Shown in pieces: positions 61,221-64,000 of a stretch of DNA of 64,000 bases (the stretch's first letter is position 1; each line of letters opens with the position of its first letter). Below the pieces are notes generated by a model, which was not told the origin of the DNA, ran no database searches, and was given only the letters and a program-made list of their open reading frames with translations. The DNA is from the human T2T-CHM13v2.0 reference genome, Homo sapiens. The stretch lies in assembly GCF_009914755.1 (NCBI RefSeq), contig NC_060934.1, one strand, 5' to 3'. A program made the position numbers and the translations under genes.

Positions 61221-63476
61221 GAACTATGATTAGGATCAAGTACCGTAAGAAAATCATGACACTCCTTGATAGAGTGGGATGCCCCAGCTGGCAAAGCTCT
61301 GATATTCACATGACTTCATTTTGATTCTCCAAATTCCCTGAAAGGTGGTGACTAGGACACATAGATTTTTAAAGTTATATATAACAAAACTCAGGCCCAG
61401 AAAGGATAAGAAACCTAAGTGTCCAAGAACAAGAAAACGGTGGCTCTGTCACCTACACCAGCCCTCCTGACCCTGGTCCAGCCTTCCTTCCACCCCCCAG
61501 CCACCTGCCACTTCACAGGTACAATCCTGCCAGACCCACCCTGCAGAAATTCTGTGGTCAAGCCTGGTATCTGCTAAGACAATGGTAACATCAACATCAC
61601 ATTGATCTACGAATTCCATCCGCAGCCAGAAGCAGTGCTCCCATGAGCTTTGACTAAACATTGTAGGTGTAATAATAGTAGAACCTCCCATATATGTAAG
61701 ACTAAATGCTTTACAAAGCAACTCCTACATTACCTCACTTGTTCTCCCAAATCCTGCCATCACAGCTGGACTCAAATGAGCAAATATTTTACTGTTTTTG
61801 TTGTTTCCTGACTCTCCCTTCAAGATACCTGAGTACTCACTATGGATCCTAATCTGCAATGCTAACATGCATAAAGCTCTGTATTCCGAGAGTTTTTCTC
61901 CCTGGGTTTGTAGCAAACTACTCTGACAGCAAAACCTTACCTGAACTAACCTAAGGCTATTTATGATATTAATTTATTCCATTGAGTGTAAAAATTCATA
62001 CATTTTATTAATTAAGCTTAATTACAGAGTTCTACCTCAGATCCTGCTGGAGTTATTGCACAATATTATCTTTTTAAAATCCAAAAAAAATTATTGTTGA
62101 ATCACATCTGATTCCAAGAGTTTGAGATGGAGGATTGTCAATCAGTACTGTGGACATTTGATGAATACTCATCGCCAGCTTCTGGGTTAGGGTTTTCCAT
62201 TAAGCAAGCAGAACAGGAACAGAAACGTTATACAGAGCAGGAAAGAAGAGATGGGAGAAAACAGCTGAGAATTTCCCAGAGTCTATACAGAACACTGCTG
62301 CCAGTGCCCTCCCCCACTAACTTTGCCTGTCTGGACATGTGCGTAGTTTGCAGAGAAAACAGAGGAGACATCCCAAGTCTACTTGGATCCCAAGAAGGCA
62401 AAGACCAAAGGTGGATTTTTGGCTGCATCTTCTCTTTAAGATAAAGATAGACATTATTGGAGTCCAAAGGAAAGAGGACTATCTCTTTTCAGCATCTGAA
62501 TGTCTCCTCCAAGGGATGTAGGAGGCTCCACCAGAAGGCAGACAGCACATGCGATGGATGGTTCCAGGTTGGACTGATGATTGGTTGGTGAGCACAGACT
62601 CTAGTGGGGATGGTATGATAGGTACTCTCTACCGCTAATCTAGATGCAAGATTGATCTTTGCCGGCATTGCATGTTTTTATTCAATCTTCTGAACTCTTC
62701 TGCAACAATAATTAATGTCAGATCAGTTTATGGATCAACAGTGTATTTTCTGGTTAATGCAACCCTGCACCTATAATAACTCAAAACTGAGATTTATTGC
62801 TCTACCATGATTCCCTCTTCATGCTTCATCTCTTCATGTTTACATCTGGTTTAACTTTTTCTAATCTAAAATAAATCAGCATGAAAAGCATTAGATTTTT
62901 CATTTAGATTCTCAATTGCCTTTTATTACTGAGATAATATCCCTTATCTGATTGCAAATGGTAGGATTGTTCTCTTGTTAGGATCTGAATGAGGATGCTG
63001 CAGTTCAATCTATCTGTCTCTCCTTATTTCTCCTTCACTTTTGTTTTCAAGGGTGGTGGCTGGTGGGGTTCTGATATGAAAATGAGATGAATCAGGATGT
63101 AAAGTGGATATATTATTCCTACTATTTCTGCTCTTGGAGGTACATGGAGGAAGACAGCCTCCCCTGGCTGTCTAATGAGATGTGGTCTGCAGAGCGTTCA
63201 CTCTTCATTTTCCCATCAGGTGACTTCAGCTCCCTGTGTGTTTGCAGGTATAAGCGAGAGCAGCAAGGATGAAGCACTTGGCTGGAGATTTCTATGCAAA
63301 CATCAGCCATGAGGGGAGAATAACTCCAAAATATAGGCATGTTAAATACCCAGTTACCAAGTCAAATTTAGCTGAACTATTTCGTATATGAAAGAGGTAG
63401 ATTTCCCCAGATTACTTAAGTATTCCTTTCAGCATGTTCTATTATGTTTCTTATCATTTGTAACATTTTCTCTTTA

Positions 63477-64000
63477 CAGGCATACCTCAGAGATATTGGG
63501 GGTTCAGTTGCAGACCACCACAATAAAGCAGATTATCACAATAAAGCAAACCACATGAATTTTTTGGCTTCCCAGGACATAGAAATGTTGTTTACACTAT
63601 ATTATATTCTATTAAAGGTGTATTATGTCAAAAAATGTACATACCTTAATTTTAAACTACTTACTGCTAAAACAAAAATGCTAATCATTTGAGCCTTCAA
63701 CAAGTTGCAATCTTTTTCTGGTGGAGGGTCTTGCCTTGGTGTTGACAGCTGCCAGCTGATCAGGGTGGTGTTTGCTGAAGGCTGCAGTGGCTGTAGCAAT
63801 TCCTTAAAATGAGACAACAATGAAGTTTGCTGCATCAATTGACTCTTCCTTTCACGAAACAGTTCTCTGTAGCATGTGAAGTTGTTTGGAGGCATTTCAC
63901 CCGCAGTAGAACTTCTTTCGACTTTGGAGGCAATCCCCTCAAACCTCACCACTGCTCTATCAACAAATTTATAGAATATTCTAAGTTGTTTGTTGTCATT
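63477..64000 (-). mobile_element. Tigger1 DNA transposon 3' end, continuing beyond the window
   Basis: TA-CAGGCATACCTCAGAGATATTG terminal repeat; minus ORF 63623-63952 (CYRELFRERKSQLMQQTSLLSHFK...RQDPPP) is the transposase C-terminus. Confidence 0.93.

Noticed and set aside
63623-63952. 109-aa ORF similar to the TIGD1/Tigger transposase C-terminus
   Set aside because: Part of a decayed Tigger1 copy with its terminal repeat; no sign of domestication

Overview
This is a hominid (most likely human) intronic or intergenic window dominated by transposable-element remnants. It carries AluJ/S/Y copies, a young L1PA2-like 3' fragment, a 4.3-kb L1PA (approx. PA10-13) at the left edge, and older L1M, L2, MIR, CR1/L3, MaLR/ERV LTRs and DNA transposons (MER47A, Charlie2, MER3, MER20, Tigger1). 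No functional protein-coding gene, RNA gene or CRISPR array can be supported. The long ORFs are L1 ORF2, Alu or Tigger1 remnants, or chance ORFs, and I could not identify a host gene. I found no convincing new biological system. The best second-look signals are: a perfect 34-bp-arm hairpin at 43031-43106; a 160-bp local segment copied into the middle of an MST LTR 1.45 kb downstream; two L1 insertions with non-canonical junctions; a candidate 24-nt microexon; and a cluster of K50-homeodomain sites. Repeat subfamily names come from recalled consensus sequences, and old-repeat boundaries are approximate.
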